Shown here: positions 1-13,978 of the stretch, piece after piece
Numbering within the stretch: the first letter of the stretch is position 1
Layout: the number at the start of each line of letters is the position of its first letter
Assembly: GCA_030390025.1 (NCBI GenBank)
Contig: CM059431.1
Span: 128,652,001 to 128,716,000 of the forward strand
Length of the DNA: 64,000 nt
Reading direction: 5' to 3'
DNA from: Squalus acanthias
Taxonomy: Eukaryota
Notes under the pieces: generated by a model
Seen by the model: the letters and a program-made list of their open reading frames with translations, nothing else
The model's database searches: none
Told to the model about the DNA's origin: nothing
Translations under genes and position numbers: made by a program

Positions 1-208
1 CTGCCTGGTGGTCACCCATTCCCTTCCTGCCTGTGCAGCCTTTACCTGCGGTGTGACCAACTCATTAAACGTGATATCCACGACGTCCTCAGCATCGCAA
101 ATGCTCCAGTATGCATCCATTCGCAGCTGCAGCACCGCAATGCGGTCTGCCAGTAGCTGCAGCTGGATACACTTCCCGCACACATGGTCGTCAGGGACAC
201 AGGAAGTG
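1..208 (-). mobile_element. CR1 LINE ORF1 fragment (zinc-finger/leucine-zipper region), truncated by window edge
   Basis: Reverse strand translates to TSCVPDDHVCGKCIQLQLLADRIAVLQLRMDAYWSICDAEDVVDITFNELVTPQV, a CxxC plus heptad pattern typical of CR1 ORF1. Confidence 0.7.
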
Positions 209-1773
209 ATAACATTCTCCAAGGCCTATTTTACCATATCTGGAGAATATCTGATTTGTAGAACCTATTGGAGGAACTTTTGCTGATTTGAACATGGGTT
301 CAATTAAAGTCGGAGCCCATGTGACTAACTAGGATTGTGCCATTAATCCTATCAAACATGATTGAGCAAACTCTTTGTGAGAAGAAACACGTTTGAGATA
401 AATTGAAGCTTGAATTGAACTCAATTTAAAAATCAAATTTAACTATACTACCCAAACACTAAAAAAAGTGCTAGTATCTTACTCCTAACCTTAATATGAC
501 ATTACACAGCTTCAAGCTCTACCCTATCACTGTCAATCTTTTTCTTTTCATACGATCCAAGTGAATTTGAAATAGATGATGAAGTTTTCAAGGTCAGATC
601 CAGTATCCTTTGATGCTGGTCACCTTGCTGATATTAGTGAAAACTTGAAATCACTGGTGACATTCTTATGATTGGTGTTGTCATTCTTAGACTTTACACC
701 CGGTGCCCTTGGAATAACAGTTGGTAGATGTTGGTTGGTGACTCAACAGAACCTGGTACCATGTGGACTTTACATGGTAAAAGTACAGAGAGTCGAATGG
801 CAGACTTATGAATATGCTTGATGATCTTGAAAACACTGACAGCAAGCACATGAAACGTTTATGATTTTTGGCAACATGCAAAACATTTTCAATGTATTTT
901 CATTTGTTGACTTGTCACATTGGTACCAATTACATAATTAAGGTAACTGCACAATAGTGATCAAAATTAATTAAGCCTAATAATTTACTTAGGCCAGTTT
1001 TCAGGTGCTAAGTTGGCGCAGGGAATGATCCCTAAGCATGAAGATTTAGGCCCGATGATCACAAGAAATTGGTCCTTATCGAACTAATAGCATAGGCTGC
1101 TGCAGCACCAAAGAATGTTGAGTGGGGAAGGCCTGATGCCTGCCCTACACATTGCAGACCAATTTAACAGAGGGGGTCTGAAACAGTCATTGGGCCTGAA
1201 ACAGTCATTAGGCCCCTTGTTTACATATGTCCTTGGGGCATATGACATTGGTCCCCAATATTGGGCCTTGTTGTGCCCATTTTACACCTATAAAATGGGC
1301 ACAATGAGTTCTAATTTCTGCCCCATAAAGCTTCCATACTTGATTTATGAGAAAAGGTACAATAAAGAATCATAAACAGTAATAATCAGTGCAGAATTGC
1401 TTCAATGGTAATTCAGACAAAAGGATTGAGTTTTCAGGTTTGTTCTATTGGTGTGGATCCTTGCCTGCTGCTTGTGCAAGAAGTAAAATTGTGGGTGTGC
1501 CCATGATTTTCATCTAAAATGATTCCCAATATGTATATTAAGTAGAATACAGGAAGAGGAGTTGGTCATCCATCTCATTGAGCTGCTCTGCCTTTAGTCA
1601 TGGCTGCTCTTTATCTATTTAATCCCAATCACCTGAACTGTCTCCTTATCCCTTATTATCCAAGGAACATATTATTTTTATCCAAAAACACACTTTAAGT
1701 TTATATCTACTGAACATTATATAACTTCACAACACAAACAATAACCAATATGGCTAAATGTCCCAGATAACAA

Positions 1774-2260
1774 AGGGGTGAAATTCGATAGCACAAAAAA
1801 ACGGGCACGGGCACCCAGCGGTGGGGCTGAAAGAATACAAGATGCCAGTATCCTCATACGTAATCCTCCTTATCACAGCACACTTCCCCCTCATCCCACA
1901 ATCACCTCTGATTTACAAGCTGTGCATGGTGTAAGCATGCACCTCTTGCTTTACCCACCCCCCTCATCATAACCCTACCCTTGTGCCTTCCTCATTTCAA
2001 ACACCCAAGAAATCCAGTCTGCCCAGTGGTTGACCAAGAAGAGGGATAGGAGAGTGAAGAAGAAGAAGAAGAAGAAGAAGAAACATCGTCACTCGATTTC
2101 ACACTCCCCGCCACCAGCTCCTCGAGGTCTTCCTGCAAGGTCATCTGCAGTGTCCCCCACTGAAAGTCAGCAGCCTTCCACAAGCCATGCTGCAGCCACT
2201 GGGGTAGCACTGCGTAATATCAGTAGGCTAGCGAGGAGAGGAACAGTGGTTGGTAGTGTG
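1774..2260 (+). mobile_element. Degraded Harbinger remnant (TIR-like start, C-terminus of Myb-partner gene)
   Basis: GGGGTGAAATT at ~1775 resembles the other TIRs here; QPSTSHAAATGVALRNISR (~2170-2226) resembles the partner C-terminus ASTSAKATGVAPRRSTRK at ~15765-15815. Confidence 0.45.
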
Positions 2261-3106
2261 ATAAAAATGATGAGAGTGCAGTGAAAAGATTGTTGAAGTG
2301 TATTGCTAACTAGCACATGAGAAAGAGTTCATGCCAAGAATGATTCTAGCAGAGATGGCTAACAACATCATTCCAGCTGGCGCCCCCAGGTTGAGCAGTA
2401 GTGTTGAAACTGTGATGATGCCTGACAACACCTGGTGAACTGTGTGGTGGGAGAAACAGCGGTTTTACTGTTTATTTAACTTGTTCTTCATATATTCATT
2501 TCCATCTGGGACAAGAATTCGCTTGAAAATATTCCAGCTTGTCCGCTAGTCTTTCTAATCCCAACAGCATAAAGCAGTTTTGTGTCTTCTCTGCTGTCGG
2601 CCAATTTGCAACTTTCCACACACCATGACCTTTCTGACCACAATCAGTCAAGGCAGCCAAACATAAATCTCATAATTTATATGCTTTTTTATCTTCATAG
2701 TGGTTCTTAATGCATTCCCCATAGGATGCTTAAAATGTGCAATCATACAATCCGGAACATTGATTCAATCCTCACCATCCAAATGATTTAACTTTATCAC
2801 ATTCCCATAAGAGATGGAGGCAAGATGTTAAAATATGTACCACCATACCAGCATTTCACATTCAGCATTAGTTGTATTCTCATAGCATGGTCAGCATGTG
2901 ATAAACTATATAGTGAACTGTACTGCATTTCTATTTGATCAACATTGCATTGCCTTCCTACAATCTTCTCTTTCATTTCAAATCCACTGGTAATGCATTT
3001 CTTTGTATCTTACAACTCATGAATATTTTTCATCATTACCATAAACAAAAATTCAGTGATATTACAACATGAATGAATATTTGATGAACCAGCTCTTTCA
3101 GCACAG

Positions 3107-3256
3107 ATGATGTGGAGATGCCGGTGTTGGACTGGGGTGGACAAATGTGAGAAGTCGCACAACACCAGGTTATATGACGAAGGAGCAGCGCTCCGAAAGC
3201 TTGTGATTTCAAATAAAGCTGTTGGGCTATAACCTGGTGTTGTGCGACTTCTCACT
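3107..3256. mobile_element. Penelope-like pLTR mini-element with inverted arms (deleted relative of 47190-47460)
   Basis: Same tail GATGATGTGGAGATGCCGGTGTTGGACTGGGGTGGAC; inverted arms GAGAAGTCGCACAACACCAGGTTATA / TATAACCTGGTGTTGTGCGACTTCTC; hammerhead-like TGACGAAGGAGCAGCGCTCCGAAAGCTT. Confidence 0.75.
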
Positions 3257-3676
3257 TCAGCACAGAGACATGCACCCAGATTATAATCTGAATGAGCCGC
3301 AATAAACCAGCTCCTTTGGCACAGAGACATGATCAGGTTCTAGCATCAGGAAGATCCCTGAAAACCAGCAATACTCTTCATATTCTGGAAGTTGCACACT
3401 TCGCAATATTCTAATCTTTGTCAACATATGACTCAGTGATCGATAGTGTAGGGACATAACTTGGTCAGATTTACTGGATTTTTTAAAGGTTTTGTCCTCG
3501 GGTTGTGGGTGATGCTGGGAAGGCTGCATTATTTTGCCCATCCATAGTTTTCTTGAGATGGTGGTGGTGGCCTTCTCCTTGAAACACTGTATTCCTTGTG
3601 ACAGTGCTCTCATAATGGGGTTAGGTAGGGAATTATAGGATTTTCAGCTAGCAATGGTGAAGGAATGGTGATATAT

Positions 3677-3815
3677 AGAAAGAAAGCAAGAACTTGCATT
3701 TATGTAGCACCTTTCACGACCCCAGGATGCCCCAAAGCACTTTGTAGCCAATGAAGTACCTTTGAAGTGTCACTGTTGTGATGTAGAGAAACACGGCAAC
3801 CAATTTGTGCACAGC
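3677..3815 (-). mobile_element. SINE 3' portion (Deu/SacSINE1-like family)
   Basis: Reverse complement matches the tails at ~11370-11507 and ~53245-53370 (CATTGGCT...AAAGTGCTTTGGG...GTGAAAGGTGCTA...AAATGCAAGTTCTT). Confidence 0.7.
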
Positions 3816-4196
3816 ATATATGGAGATATATATCTAAATCAAGATGATGTGTGACTTGGACTGGAACTTAGAGGTAATCATGACGTTGCTATTCTGTCCT
3901 TCTCTGGTAGAAGTTGTCAAGCTGGGAGTCTGCTGTTGATTTTTTATACAAAAATGCTGTGTAGGTACTTTTAGCTCTGTGGGAAAATAATTTCACTGTG
4001 TATTATTCTTTGCATTTAACAAAGAGACTTAATTTTTTTGACGTTTTCTACAGTTATTATTGTGCCTTTTGGGTTGTCCTTGCTTGCTGCTGAGACGTTA
4101 ATGTGTGCTGTTTTGTCAGCGCTGTTCTGTTTTTGTGTAAAGTTAACCCATGCTTGTGTTTGTGTGACTGGCTCTGTTTATTGGCTTTGTTGTCAT

Positions 4197-5080
4197 GGGG
4201 GAAAAATTCAGTATCGCCCCATTTGGGGCGCAATTATCGGCCGGGCGCAAAGATTAGCGCCTGGTGCTAATTATCGCCTCCGACTGCAAACTTGGCTTTT
4301 ATCGCCCCTGGAGGTGATTGGAGCGCTAAATCAGGCGCTTCACACCTGTCTTAAGGCGCAAAGGCCGAGGAGCGAGGCGGTACCTCAGAGCGCTGGTGAA
4401 GCTCATGTGTTGTCAGTCAGCAATGGAACACAGACACAATGGCGCCAGCCAGGTCTTAAAGGGGAGGGTTGATCTTGCTCTCCATCCACATCCTGCTCAT
4501 TGCAGCCTTGAATCTCGGCCTGGAGAGACCTGTACATCAAATCTGCTGGAAAGAACAATGGAGAGACCCAGGGAAAGAGCTCAGAGTGCAGTCCCCACAG
4601 TCTCTTCTAAATAGATGCAAGGAAGGGCAAATCAAAATGAACCTGCAAAGTGCTGCTCAGTACCCAAAACTCCTTCACACAGCGTTGAATCTCTCCAGAA
4701 GTCTCTCTCTCTCTCTCTCAGAATGCGTGGTGCAAAAATGTCACCAACAATAAAAGGCAGGAAGCGTTTGCCTTTAAATAGCGCTCCCCCAGTCCCTTCC
4801 TGACTGCAAAACGCTCCCCTCAACCTGTCATTGCTAGCGGCAGGCGGTAAGGCAGGGGGCGCCACTCAATATCCGGTCCAGGGCGTTGCGCACTCGACTG
4901 ACGTCACGATCTGCCGGCGCAGGAGATTGTGGCGGTAGTGTTTAGCGCTGCCGCAAAATGTCTGGTCAATTTCGCGAGAGGCAGCAGATATCACCGCGCC
5001 TAGGCGCTAGTTGCTTTGCGCCCCTTTAACGCCCTCTTAAGGTGCTAACGGGAGGCGCAAATCAACTGAATTTTTCCCCC
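4197..5080. mobile_element. Non-autonomous Harbinger-type MITE, family 1
   Basis: 15-bp TIR GGGGGAAAAATTCAG...CTGAATTTTTCCCCC; GC-rich subterminal repeats; inverted homologue at 34777-35561. TSD not clean (CAT/ATT). Confidence 0.8.
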
Positions 5081-5629
5081 ATTGTGTCTAAAAGGTTGTC
5101 ATTGCTTTCTGTTCAGAAATGTTAACACAATGGATTATCGGTTTCGCATTTTAAAAATCAATGTTATGCCCCATGTCTACAGGAAACTGAAAGATTATGC
5201 TGTACCTTATTTAATGCCCATATCTGCCTGCTTATTTAAAAATAATTCAGAAGAATACATTTCCAGAAATGCTGTCAAATATACAGATGCCACCAGGTTA
5301 TGCAGACTGGAGGCCAATGTAGGGAAGGCACAAATCAGTCAAAGCAATCCTTACAAATTAAACAGATGAGCTGAATAAACAAAGTTGGCAATGCACATTG
5401 GTGAAACATGAAATGTATGAACATAGTAACTGACAATAGTAGGTAACAAAAAATAATGCAGTATAATTAACGACCATTGACTGAAATTATCTAGTGAGCC
5501 TAATGACAAAAAGGGAGTAAAAATTCTAATGCACCAGCTAGTGGCAAATGGCTCAAAATCCTGCAGTTTTCCATCCAGTAACTTTAATCTTTGGAAAGGG
5601 TGAAGAAGAGGGACACACGATTACTTCCC

Positions 5630-5915
5630 AGTTTAAAGCACCTTGGTTATGTAGATAGGCTCAACGAGTACTTTACAGAGGCATATACTGAGGGGTGATT
5701 TGATCGAGGTTTATAAAATAATGAAGGAACTAAATTGTGTTTATGTAGACCAATTACTTCAACTAAATGGGTTAGGGATTATATAAGGGCAGAACTAGGT
5801 TGGATTCTATACCCAGAGATTAGTGGACCTGTGAAACAGGCTGCTGACTCATGTGGTGAATGCTGATTCACTGTATTCCTTCAGGCAAGAGCTGGACCTG
5901 TTTCTGGCTGGGGTG
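5630..5915 (+). mobile_element. Old degraded CR1 3' RT fragment
   Basis: CTGAGGGGTGATTTGATCGAGGTTTATAAAATAATGAAGG reads LRGDLIEVYKIMK, the CR1 ORF2 C-terminal motif. Confidence 0.6.
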
Positions 5916-7816
5916 GATGGACCCGTTTAGGTGGAGTTAGGTATTCTGTTATGTAGATCAATGACAATATCATCTCCTGGATTAGTTTTGATCACCTAAA
6001 AAAAGGGTGGGAGAGAAACGTTCGAGATTTTTTTATCCTAATTGGCCGGGTTTTAAAAAAATCTGGTTTCTTGCCTCTCCCAGGAGATTACATGGCTCCT
6101 GTTTGGGGGTTGCGGGGGGTAGTGTCTGAATTGTAATGCATAAGGCATCACAATTATATGGGGCAGGCTGAATGGACCAGTTACTCATTTCCTGTCTTGT
6201 CATTTTAATATATTCACATGTTCATAATGATCAAAAATCATGAGCTGCGATGCCCAATTTTACCATATTCACTACTCTCATTGTGATGTCTCACAAGATG
6301 GCAGCGTGAGTTGTATAATCACTCTATGCTTCTATCTGCTGGAGCTCCATGCCAGGAGTGAAGCCTTGCAATATGACACCATAAATCTAGAGGGATAATA
6401 CTGCATAAATTTCCCTGATCCCTACCACAGAATCTTTAACATTAACTGGTGGAATAAGAGTGGCTTAAACTACTAGCCCCCCTGGTGAGTTTTACGAAGG
6501 CTCTACTCTTGGAGCTTACTCCTTTCTTACAGAAACTCCTCCACTATGTATTGCAGATCCTTCAAGACACCTTCAAAGCAGCCACAATCATATTAATACA
6601 TCTAAAAGGTAAGGACGTTACCCAGTGGCTGTCATGCTTCTTCCATTTTGTCATCCCATACAGACCAAAGAGGCTTCACGCGGGGCTGCCTCCTGAGGGA
6701 CAATACCAGCCAGCTTTTCAACATGGTGCATTGCTGAAAATTGGGCATGTTGATCTCCGCACATAATAGTCTGAATAACATTCTCATTGAGCAAAAATCC
6801 ATGCTGGAGCCTTGACTGGCAAAAATCATCCAGTTATTCTACAGAATCTCACTAAATCCATGTTGGTAAATTGGACCAAAATCGGGGGGGGGGGGCGGGG
6901 GGGGGGGGAAGTCAAAGCTTAAACACAAATTATTTTAACATTCCTTTTGTTTTTGCAGAAATATAATATGTGTTGGGAACCAGTAGTTCATGGACCATTG
7001 ATGTCAGGGGCAGCATCAGTCACCTGTAGGAGTGGTGCTTGAGACTAACGCGGCCACCAGCCACCAAAAGCTTGCATCTGAGTATGGTTTAGTTGACTGT
7101 TTGACTCAGTTCACATAGACAGCATAATAACCCAATTATATTTTTTTAAATTACCACTTTAAACTGGAAGTTTTGATTGATATTAAGGATTTTCAACTAC
7201 CTTTATTTCATCTTCAGCTGTTAGAATAGAGGTACCGCATTCCTCGCAACAAAAGAAGAAGGCATCTACCTTATCAAAACCTTTTAATTTGAATCAAGAC
7301 CTATCAGTGACAATTAGTTTATTTTCAAATAACACATTTACAATTGTGTCTCTGCTGAAAGAAGATCTATTATGTTGTTAAAAATGAATTGCTGCCACAG
7401 TGTAAAAGGTGATTACAGTCCTGTGTCTTCACAATAGTGGAACCCCCCTGCAGTGAGGAATTATTTATAACACTAGGAAACATTTGGATTTTGGAAGGTA
7501 AAATGAAGGTCTATTTAAACTCATTATTTATCAAAAATACACAGACTGCAATTTGACTTTAGTGCAAGTTGTTCAATAACAATTTAATGGGGTATTAACT
7601 GATGTAAAGCACCAGCAAATATATTAAAGTATGTTAAACAAATTAAACAACCTTCTACTTTCTACTATTGCATAATTAATTTATTACAAATCTTACAAAA
7701 GTTGACTAAAAGAGTTAAATCATTATCATGAAAGTTTCATTGGATTGATTTTTTTAATAAATAAAAATCTTAATTTTTTAAAAATTATTAACTACAAAAT
7801 TCATATATTATATGAA

Positions 7817-8975
7817 TGCAAAATTCTGCGGATGCTGGAAATCTGAAATAAAAACAGGAAATGCTGGAAATACTCAGCAGGTCAGGCAGTATCTGTGGAG
7901 AGAGAAACAGAAGTTAACGTTTCAGGTCGTTGACCTTTCATCTGAACTGGAAAAGGTTACCGTGTAACAGATTTTAAGCAAGTGTAGGAACAGGGAAAGG
8001 GGGGAGGGGAGGAAAGAACAAAAGGGAAGGTCTGTGATAGGGTGGAAGGCTTGAGAGATTAAATAACAAAAGGGATGATGGTGCAAGGCAAAAGGGGATG
8101 GCAATGGGACAAGTAAAGAAACAAAAGATGAGTCCACAGGAAATGGGAATATCAGAATCATCAACAGCTGCCATCCGAAAAAATGGGGGCAGAGGTTATG
8201 ATCTGAAAATGTTGAACTCAATGTTGAGTCCAGAAGGCTGTAAAGTGCCCAATCGAAAGATGAGGAGGTGTTCCTCAAGCTTATGTTAAGCTTCATTGGA
8301 ACAGTTTAGGAGGCCGAGGTCAGAGCGGGAGCGGTCCGGGGAATTGAAATGACAGGCGACCGGAAGCTCGGGGTCATGCTTGCAGACTGAACAGAGGTGT
8401 TCTGCAAAGCGGTCACCCAATCTGTGTTTGGTCTCCCCAACGTAGAGGAGACCGCATCGTGAGCAGCGAATAAAGTAGACTGAATTGAAAGAAGTACAAG
8501 TAAATCGCTGTTTCACCTGGAAAGAGTGGGTGGGATCCTGGATACGGGGAAGGGAGGAGGTAAAAGGGCAGGTGTTACATATCCTGCGCTTGCATGGGAA
8601 GGTGCCCTGGGAAGGGGAGTGGGTATTGGGGTGATAGAGGAGTGGACCAGGGTGCCGCGGAGGGAGCGGTCCCTTCGTAATGCTGAAAGGTGGGGGGAGG
8701 AGGGGAAGATGTGTTTGGTGGTGGGATCACGCTGCAGCTGGCGGAAATGGCGGAGGATGATCGTTTGAATGTGGAGACTGGTGGAGTGGAGGGTGAGGAC
8801 AAGAGGAACCATAGTGTGGTTCCGGGAGGGAGGGGAAGGGATGAGAGCAGGAGTGTGGGAAAGGGAATGGACACGGTCAAGGGCCGTGTCAACCACGTTG
8901 GAGGGGAATCCTCGGTTGAGAAAAAAGGAAGACATATCCTTGGTATGGAAGGTGCCATCGCCGGAAAATTCATAC
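7817..8975 (-). mobile_element. Penelope-like retroelement, 5'-truncated (end of RT, GIY-YIG endonuclease, pLTR)
   Basis: 8286-8516(-) KQRFTCTSFNSVYFIRCSRCGLLYVGETKHRLGDRFAEH is a VY...YVG GIY-YIG with the PLE CxxC; 8513-8975 FFLNRGFPSNVVD...PLVLT is the RT C-terminus; frameshifted; pLTR at ~7817-7950 is repeated elsewhere. Confidence 0.9.
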
Positions 8976-11189
8976 ATCTGGGTAAGTAACACAACAGTCA
9001 TAAAATACTTAGTAATAAATGTACAGATACCTGTATATAGTTAGATAGCACAAAACAGAGTTTGGGTTGAGGTTGGTTCTTGGGATGTGCAAGCTGATGG
9101 CAGAGGGAGGGTTGAGATATATTGGCCATTGAAATGAGCTGCAGAGAGGCAGATTGTGTGCATTTTGACATAGAGAGGGGATGGTTATTCCTTGTCACTC
9201 TTGACTGCAAAAAAAAAATCTCATAAGGGATACAAGTACATAATGAGGACCTGACATTTGAAACAGTTGTTCTTGTTAAAGGCATGATCAAATTAGGGTC
9301 AATTTTCAGTGGTCTGCACTGTATTAACAATGTTGTTGGATAGTTCTTACAATAGTTACAAGCCTGCAAAATGCATCAATAAGGTAATAATTTGCTCTAA
9401 TGTGATTACATTGTTATTAGGGGAATGTACATCCATGTTCATTTGCCAATTTGTTTCAACTTTAGAAAGCCCAACATTTGGATCTGCACAAAACCTGAGT
9501 TGAAGACAAAGTTATACTGCTGCCAGCGATATTGACCTATAGGCTTGCTTCCTCTATACCATCATGAAGTATATTTTCTTCTGTTTGCTGCTAATAGAAA
9601 CAAAAAAATATATAATTACAAAGTGTTATCCCCAATTTTATAGTCATAGCTATGTGTTTGCTAAAATCAGCAAGTAATATATGTATTAGATGCATAGTTC
9701 ACTGGACTATTGTCTTCAAGGCAATAGAAGGTAAAATCATAAACAAGTCTCTTTAATCATTGCATTCCACACATTCTTTGTTTCTACTGTTTAATTAAAT
9801 TGTTTAGAGTTTCTCGAACATATTAAATTTACTTTTACCTTTGGGGTTGTTTAATCTTTTTCTCAATTTCTGAACAGTTGGTTTACATTCATTTTGCAGA
9901 TTAATGAAATGTCTTTTTATTTGATTTGTAAATCCTGAAATTAGAATTTTTGACAAAAAGTGTTATTGATGCTGCTGGAATCAGGGGATCAGTTTATTTT
10001 GAACAGAACATGCCTTTGATAAATCAGAGTATGAATATGTATCAAAGCTTATTTAAATATTTTTGAAAGGAATGTACTGTTGCTGTGAAAATGAAGTGCA
10101 TGAATTTCTAGTGACTGCAGAGGTTGTGTTAAGACTTTCACTGAATCGTATAGATGTCAAAATGTAATAAAAAAGCAAAGACGACAAGAAAAGGGAATTC
10201 AGCTATTCCCTCTTAACTCTGATGATAGCATCCAGCTATATTTTGAACGTACCTTATGATTCTGCTTGGTAAATTATTCCAAGCATGAAACTATTTTTGA
10301 GTAAAGAAGCTCTTCCTAATATCTGAATGCATTCATTGTTGTCCATGTTATTTTCATTAATAATATCCAGTCTACACTGAGTAGGAACATCAACTCTAAC
10401 TAGTAATAATATCCAATCTACATTGAGCAAACAAGTGGCAAAGTAGTCTACAAATGCTAGTAAAAGAGTGAGGATCCTCAAGGAAGTTGATCGCTCCTTT
10501 ATACTGTTGGCAGCTTCAGTGTCTGACAAAGGCTGTATCGGTCCAGTGACAGTGGGCTCTAGCTCTGATTGACAGACCATACGTAAACCCATCACTTCTT
10601 CATGGGTTTAAAGTCCAGTGTCATGCAAACCAGCAGGTGTGATCAAGCCCGTCTTCATCTTTTACACTACTGGAAAAAGGAGTCAGGCTTTTAGTCACCA
10701 CAAGAGTTGTCAATACTTCAGCCAGCAGAACTTTTAACTGCTATTGCAGCTGTACTTTGATATAAACAGACACTCGCCAGGAGGGGAGGGATTGGGGGTG
10801 GGGAGCAGGGGGAGGTCACTTTACTGTTTAAGTGCACAACGGATGGGCAGAGAACCCCTGTTGTAACTGTCGTCAATGCCCAGGTCTGGGACCGGCTTTC
10901 ATTTGGACACTGCCTGCACCAAACCAGCGCTCTGGGCATGTCGGGGGCGGCGGCGAAAATCGGACGGTGCCAGCCGACAGTCAGAAAGAACTCGCACCTG
11001 CAGGCAACGGGCGAGAGCTTTTAATGTGGGCCCCAGAAGGCACATTCGTGTTTGAAAAGTTACCTTTGGACTGCTTGTTTTTTTTTGAGTGACCCCTTTA
11101 AAGACAATGGGCAGAGCCGGTCGAATTTCTCGGAATGGCTCCTTGAACAGGCGTCAGGACCCTTGTCAACATATTCCAAAGTTGAGAAT

Positions 11190-11507
11190 TTAAACCGAGG
11201 TTCCATCTGCCCTCTCAGGTGGACGTAAAAGATCCCACAGCCACTATCAATAAGAAGAATAGGGGAGTTCTCAACAGTGTCCTGACCAACATTTATCCCT
11301 CAACCAACATCACTTAAAAAAACAGATGATCTGGTCATTATCACATTGCTGTTTGTGGGAGCTTCCTGTGCGCAAATTGGCTGCTGCATTTCCTACATTG
11401 CAACAGTGACTACACTTCAAAAAGTACTTCATTGGCTGTAAAGCACTTTGGGTCGTCCTGAGGTTGTAAAAGGTGTTCTATAAATACACATCTTTCTTTT
11501 TTTCTTT
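11190..11507 (+). mobile_element. SINE (Deu/SacSINE1-like), 5'-truncated
   Basis: TTAAACCGAGG...TCTGCCCTCTCAGGTGGACGTAAAAGATCCCA...CATTGGCTGTAAAGCACTTTGGG... ending in CTTT repeats; homologous to 52100-53370. Confidence 0.8.
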
Positions 11508-11839
11508 CTGAATCCAAAATGTCCACACAGAATACGAGCAGCATTACTTCACATATGACTTCTCCTACCTGTGGAACTTACTCACAGATGGTGCTATCAT
11601 CTGGAACTCAGTCCCTCGTGTGCAAAAGTTCAAATGCAGGAGTTAACTGCCAGATGCTGAACTAGGACTGCCACAGCATATATTTGACTATGGAAAACCT
11701 GTGACTTGTTTAATATTACTCTAGTTCTCAACCAGCTGTGTCCTATTGTCTGCCAGTTAATGTACAGTAAAAATCAGCAATTGTCAAACCCTACCTGTTG
11801 TTGTGCATTTAATGCATGTTTAATTAGGCAGCAAATTCC

Positions 11840-12200
11840 CTTGATAGCTCAGCTGTTTATACACATGAGCAAATGAGTTATGCAGATCAGGAAGGTCCCA
11901 GGTTCAAAACTTTGTCATAAATTAGCTGATCTTAACTGACGAGGTGCTAACAACACTTCAATTGGTCTCAGCACTCCGGGGTTACAAAAGGGACAATGAG
12001 CCAGCGTTCTTGCCTATATTGTTATCCAGTGACCCCTGCTGGAAGTGTGTGTGCGTGCGTGCATGTGTGTGTGTGTGTGTGTGTGCACAGTGGGTGATGA
12101 CAGGATCAAGGTCATTGATGATGCCCTATATGGTGTATAACCTATACATATGGTTGATGGCATAATGACAGCTGACACCAGAGTGGCTTAGGTACCTCTC
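11840..12200 (+). mobile_element. Probable old tRNA-derived SINE with internal (GT)n
   Basis: A-box-like TAGCTCAGCTG and B-box-like CCCAGGTTCAAAAC; family not identified. Confidence 0.45.
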
Positions 12201-12251
12201 CTAAGAACAGGCAGGTCAAGAGAGATTTGTGTAAGGGCCCCTGAAGATGTT

Positions 12252-13690
12252 GGGGGCTAAATTGGGTTCTGTAGCGCCCATTTTTTTAGGCGCTACACAG
12301 TTTCCTAACGCTTAAAAATGGAATCTGCAATGCGCACGCACACTTCCAATGGGAAGTGTACTGGACGCCATCTTGGTAAAGGGGTTTGCGTGAGCACACC
12401 TAACACCTGCCAGCAGCATGCAGAGCAGGCAGATTATAACATCAATCAAGGTGCAACATTGATTTGATGCCAGCGCTGCCCTTTTCAAATGCCACACTCC
12501 AGTCTACGCTCTGTCTTAACCTTGCACAGCTGAACACAATGTTAAATGACATGAAGGACCCTTAAGCTACTTAAAAAGATCATGAAGTACTTACAGGTTA
12601 GTTGCTGGATTATTTCTTATGGTTGTTCGTGCAATTGCATGCATTTTTCGAGCTTTCCTATATTTGCCTAATATTTCAATAATGTACAGGTAGTGGTCTG
12701 GCTGGTGCTGAAATACTTTGTTGTTTATTTAAAAGCTTGTGCTTAAACAAGTTGCTTCCAGACATGGGTGGCCTGGTAGGCCTTCCTCTTGGAATTAAGT
12801 ATGACTGGGAGAATGAAGAGAAACCACACAGAGAGGGTCTTTAGGGAACAAGCTGCTAGGAGCGGGAGGAGGAGGGGGACACGGGCTCTCAGCAGGAGGC
12901 CATATCCACAGAGGGTCTTTAGGGAACAATTCTCTTACATCAACTTCAGCAACGATCAATGCTTGAGACGTCTTTGCTTCACTAAAGAGGTCGTGTCTGA
13001 AACCTGCCAACGGCCGCAGCCGCAACCTCAAAGCAGGGCAAGGACCACAATGCCTGTGACTGTCAATGTGGCTGTGGCTCCTAACTTTTATGCACCTGGC
13101 TCCTTCCAGGCTGCTGCTGGAGATATAAGCAACATCTCATAGTTTTCAGTACACTGCTGCATAAGGGAGGCTTCTGAGGCTCTCTATCCACATAGAGGCA
13201 GCTTCATCTCATTCCCTCTTGCCAGAGACAAGCAGGTGGAGCTAGCACAAGGATTTCCTGAGATTGCAGGCTTCCGCGTAGTGCAGGATGCCATTAACTG
13301 CATACACATTGCCTTGTATGTGCCTCATGTGAACTCTGACATTTTCCTGAGCCGGAAGGTATTCCACTTCATCAATGTGCAACTGGTGTGCAACCACAAG
13401 CAGCTCATCATGCAGGTGAATGCCCATTATACTGGCAGTAGTCATGATTCCTTCATGCTGCAAGCAATCCTCTGTGCCACCTGTATTTGAAACGCCACAG
13501 CAAATCAAAGGTTGGCTACTGGGCGACAAGTATTATCCACTCATGACATGGCTCATGACACCAGTCAGGAATCCAAGCACACGTGCACAGCAGGCCTACA
13601 ACAAGAGCCATGCTGCCACAAAGAACATTATGGAGCACATCAAGCAATGCTTCTGCTGCCTGGACCACTCGGCAGTACTCAGTTGAGCAG
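12252..13690 (+). mobile_element. Harbinger element A: left TIR plus HARBI1-like transposase pseudogene, 3'-truncated
   Basis: GGGGGCTAAATT at 12252; from ATG ~12764 reads [69 protein letters not shown] with stops and frameshifts. Confidence 0.85.
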
Positions 13691-13978
13691 GTACTGTATC
13701 AAGCTTTGTGTTAGCATGCTGCATGCGCGGCCCGAGAACCCGAAGCATTGAACAGCGCGTTCTGCACTGCGCGTTTAACTCAATGGCTGCAATTAAAACA
13801 GTCATGCGCATTTCCAGCCCAATTAAATGGAGCGGGTCTGATGACATCACCAATGACTCATTTTCAACGTGGACATTTAAAGCAGCCTGCACACATCTCA
13901 TTTGTGGTTGATGTAGGAGTGCATAAGGTGGTTTCTAGAGGTCTCAATAATGCAATAAAACTGACAAAACTGTGGGTC

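Noticed and set aside
5117..5296. Possible 180-nt open exon (TTCAG acceptor, GTTATG donor)
   Set aside because: Weak donor, no recognisable protein and no partner exons; it needs RNA-seq or homology support.
6940..7090. Strong polypyrimidine-CAG acceptor
   Set aside because: All three frames close quickly; a non-coding exon cannot be supported from sequence alone.
10254..10595. 113-aa minus-strand ORF next to a GTACGT donor-like site
   Set aside because: Its 3' part resembles a decayed CR1 end (AGATATTAGGAAGAGCTTCTTTACTCA..TGGAATAATTTACC); no domain recognised.
12826..12930. Duplicated AGAGGGTCTTTAGGGAACAA (also an 18-bp tandem at ~1178-1213) as a CRISPR-like or regulatory array
   Set aside because: Only two copies each; local duplications in decayed elements in a eukaryotic context.
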